Below, piece after piece: positions 61,008 to 64,000 of a DNA stretch of 64,000 bases. Each line of letters starts with the position of its first letter. Position 1 is the first letter of the stretch. The notes beneath the pieces are model-generated. The model was not told where the DNA came from, did no database searches, and was given only the letters and a program-made list of their open reading frames with translations. The position numbers and the translations under genes are program-made. The stretch covers positions 1 through 64,000 of the forward strand of contig CAVUHW010000012.1 in assembly GCA_963741205.1 (NCBI GenBank), written 5' to 3'. This DNA is from Nitrospirota bacterium. Its GTDB lineage: Bacteria; Nitrospirota; UBA9217.

Positions 61008-61104
61008 CTTTACTACAGTACACAGTACGGAATTCGTAGTACAGATATGAAACGGGAACTACGCAATGTACGGATGTTGTATGCTCTGAATTCTTCTTTA
61101 TACA

Positions 61105-61190
<86 letters not shown>

Positions 61191-61223
61191 GGTTTTACCG
61201 ATTGTTTAAACCGTTCCAACCGC

Positions 61224-62521
<1,298 letters not shown>

Positions 62522-62548
62522 TTAAAGTATCATTCTCCTCTTCCATTG

Positions 62549-63341
62549 TCAATAACTTTTCTTGGCAATCCTGTTCTCGAGCGCCCTGATTTTGATCTGG
62601 ATGGCCTCGGGATTGGGGTAGAGGGACTCGATCTCTTTATAAATCGCAAGCGCCTCCTTCAGCCTGTCGCCTAACTCAAGGCATTCGGCAAGGGCAAACT
62701 TCGCTTTAATCGTGAGCTCCTTATCCTCATTGTGCTCAAGGGCCTTTCGGTAAAACTGCTCGGACAGGTCGAGCTCGCCTTTCGAAAAAGCCGCTGTTCC
62801 GAGCCGGAAGTACGCCAGTCGGGACTGCGGACCGTTCGGGAACTCGGCCAATTGCTGCAACCAGATCTCCCTCGCCTCTTGTATCTTGCCGGTGCGAAAG
62901 AGACACTCGGCAACGCTGTAGAGACTCTTTTCCCGGACGTCGCGGTTCGAGTATGCCGTTGCTTTTCGGTATTCCTCGATGGCCCTCCCATAATCGTTGT
63001 ACCCGAGTTCGTAGATCTGTGCGATGTACCACTGCGCGTGGGGAGCCATGTCGCGCCGCGGATAGGTCTTGAGCAAAAGCCGCAGTGTCTGGAGCGCCTT
63101 TTCGGTTTCGCCAAGGTATAAAAACTGCGTGACTCCGGCCCAGTAGAGCGCTTCGTCCGCTTTAGGGCTTGAGGGATGCTCTTTGACGAGCTCAAAATAT
63201 TGGGCTGACCGCAGCCTGATAATCTCCGGCATTCCAGCGCTTGGTCGCCGCTTCGTATTCGTTGCTCGCTGCCTTGTCGTACACGTCACACCCGGCCAGC
63301 AGGACCCCGATGAGAAGCGCTATGAACGCCGTCTTTTTCAT
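62549..63341 (-). CDS. TPR-repeat lipoprotein (BamD/CpoB-like)
   Basis: Lipobox LAGC, repeated TPR-like helical units. Confidence 0.75.
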
Positions 63342-64000
63342 GTCGCACTCGCTGTCCTGGCCGGCGGGCGGCTCGGAGACGCCCTTTTCCGCGGCTGATT
63401 CCTTCTCATCCTCGCGCTCTGCCACTTTGGCGAAGCTCACGACCTTGTCTCTCTCCTCGATATCGAAGAGTCTGACGCCCTGCGTGTTCCGGCCCTGTAT
63501 GGAAATGTCCTTGGACCGGATGCGCAGAACCTTGCCGTTCGATGTGATCAGGATGAGCTCGTCCTCCCCGGACACCTGGGCCATGCCGATGACCCGGCCG
63601 TTCTTCTCGGTGATCTTGATGGTAATGATTCCCTTGCCGCCCCTGCCCTGGCTGCGGTAATCCTCCAGCGTGCTCCGTTTGCCGTAGCCGTTTTCGGTCA
63701 CCGTGAGGATCGTGGAATCGTCGCGCACGATCTCCATGCCCACGACCTCATTGCCCTCATCGAGCCTGATGCCGATCACGCCCTTGCCCGTGCGGCCGAT
63801 CTCGCGCACGTCGGCCTCGCCAAATCGGATCGAGAGGCCGTCGCGGGTGCCGAGGAACACGTCCCGGTCTCCGTCGGTGATCTCGGCGGAGATGAGCTCG
63901 TCGCCCTCTTCGAGGGTGATGGCGATAATGCCGGACGGCCGCGGATGGCTGTAGGATTCGAGTTCCGTTTTTTTGATGATTCCCTGCTTGGTCGCCATCA
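63338..64000 (-). CDS. gyrA: DNA gyrase subunit A, C-terminal part (runs off the window)
   Basis: Beta-pinwheel repeats GRTGKGVIGI, QGRGGKG, QGRNTQGVRL; acidic tail. Confidence 0.92.

Overview
The window looks like two unrelated, indel-rich (long-read-like) sequences joined at about 32.32 kb, so most frameshifts below are probably sequencing errors. Left part (1-32.3 kb, very GC-rich, alphaproteobacterial style): an ion-homeostasis region with a complete N-ATPase operon (atpD-C-Q-R-B-E-F-A-G), a UPF0182 membrane protein, an IS1595, a beta-barrel porin and an expanded K+ locus (small peptide-kdpF-A-B-C-kdpE-like-kdpD-kdpE-ptsN). Its kdpD is split by a group II intron with a truncated 3' end. 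It also holds small unknown ORFs behind KdpE-box-like motifs, a GH15 glucoamylase and an orphan second kdpA with all four selectivity-filter loops altered. Right part (32.3-64 kb, lower GC, Nitrospirota/deltaproteobacteria-like): Slp lipoproteins, ftsH, desaturase, dksA-like, galU, cyclic beta-1,2-glucan synthase with a repeat-derived insert, rlmA-like, an IS1111-type IS110 element with readable bridge-RNA guides inserted just behind cspA, tRNA-Asn, mglAB, porCDAB, recR-ybaB-dnaX-ffs, four tRNA-Ser, tRNA-Arg, tadA, serS and the 3' end of gyrA. Best leads: the filter-altered orphan KdpA, the bridge RNA matching its own target and donor, and the intron-derived in-frame start for a sensorless KdpD kinase.
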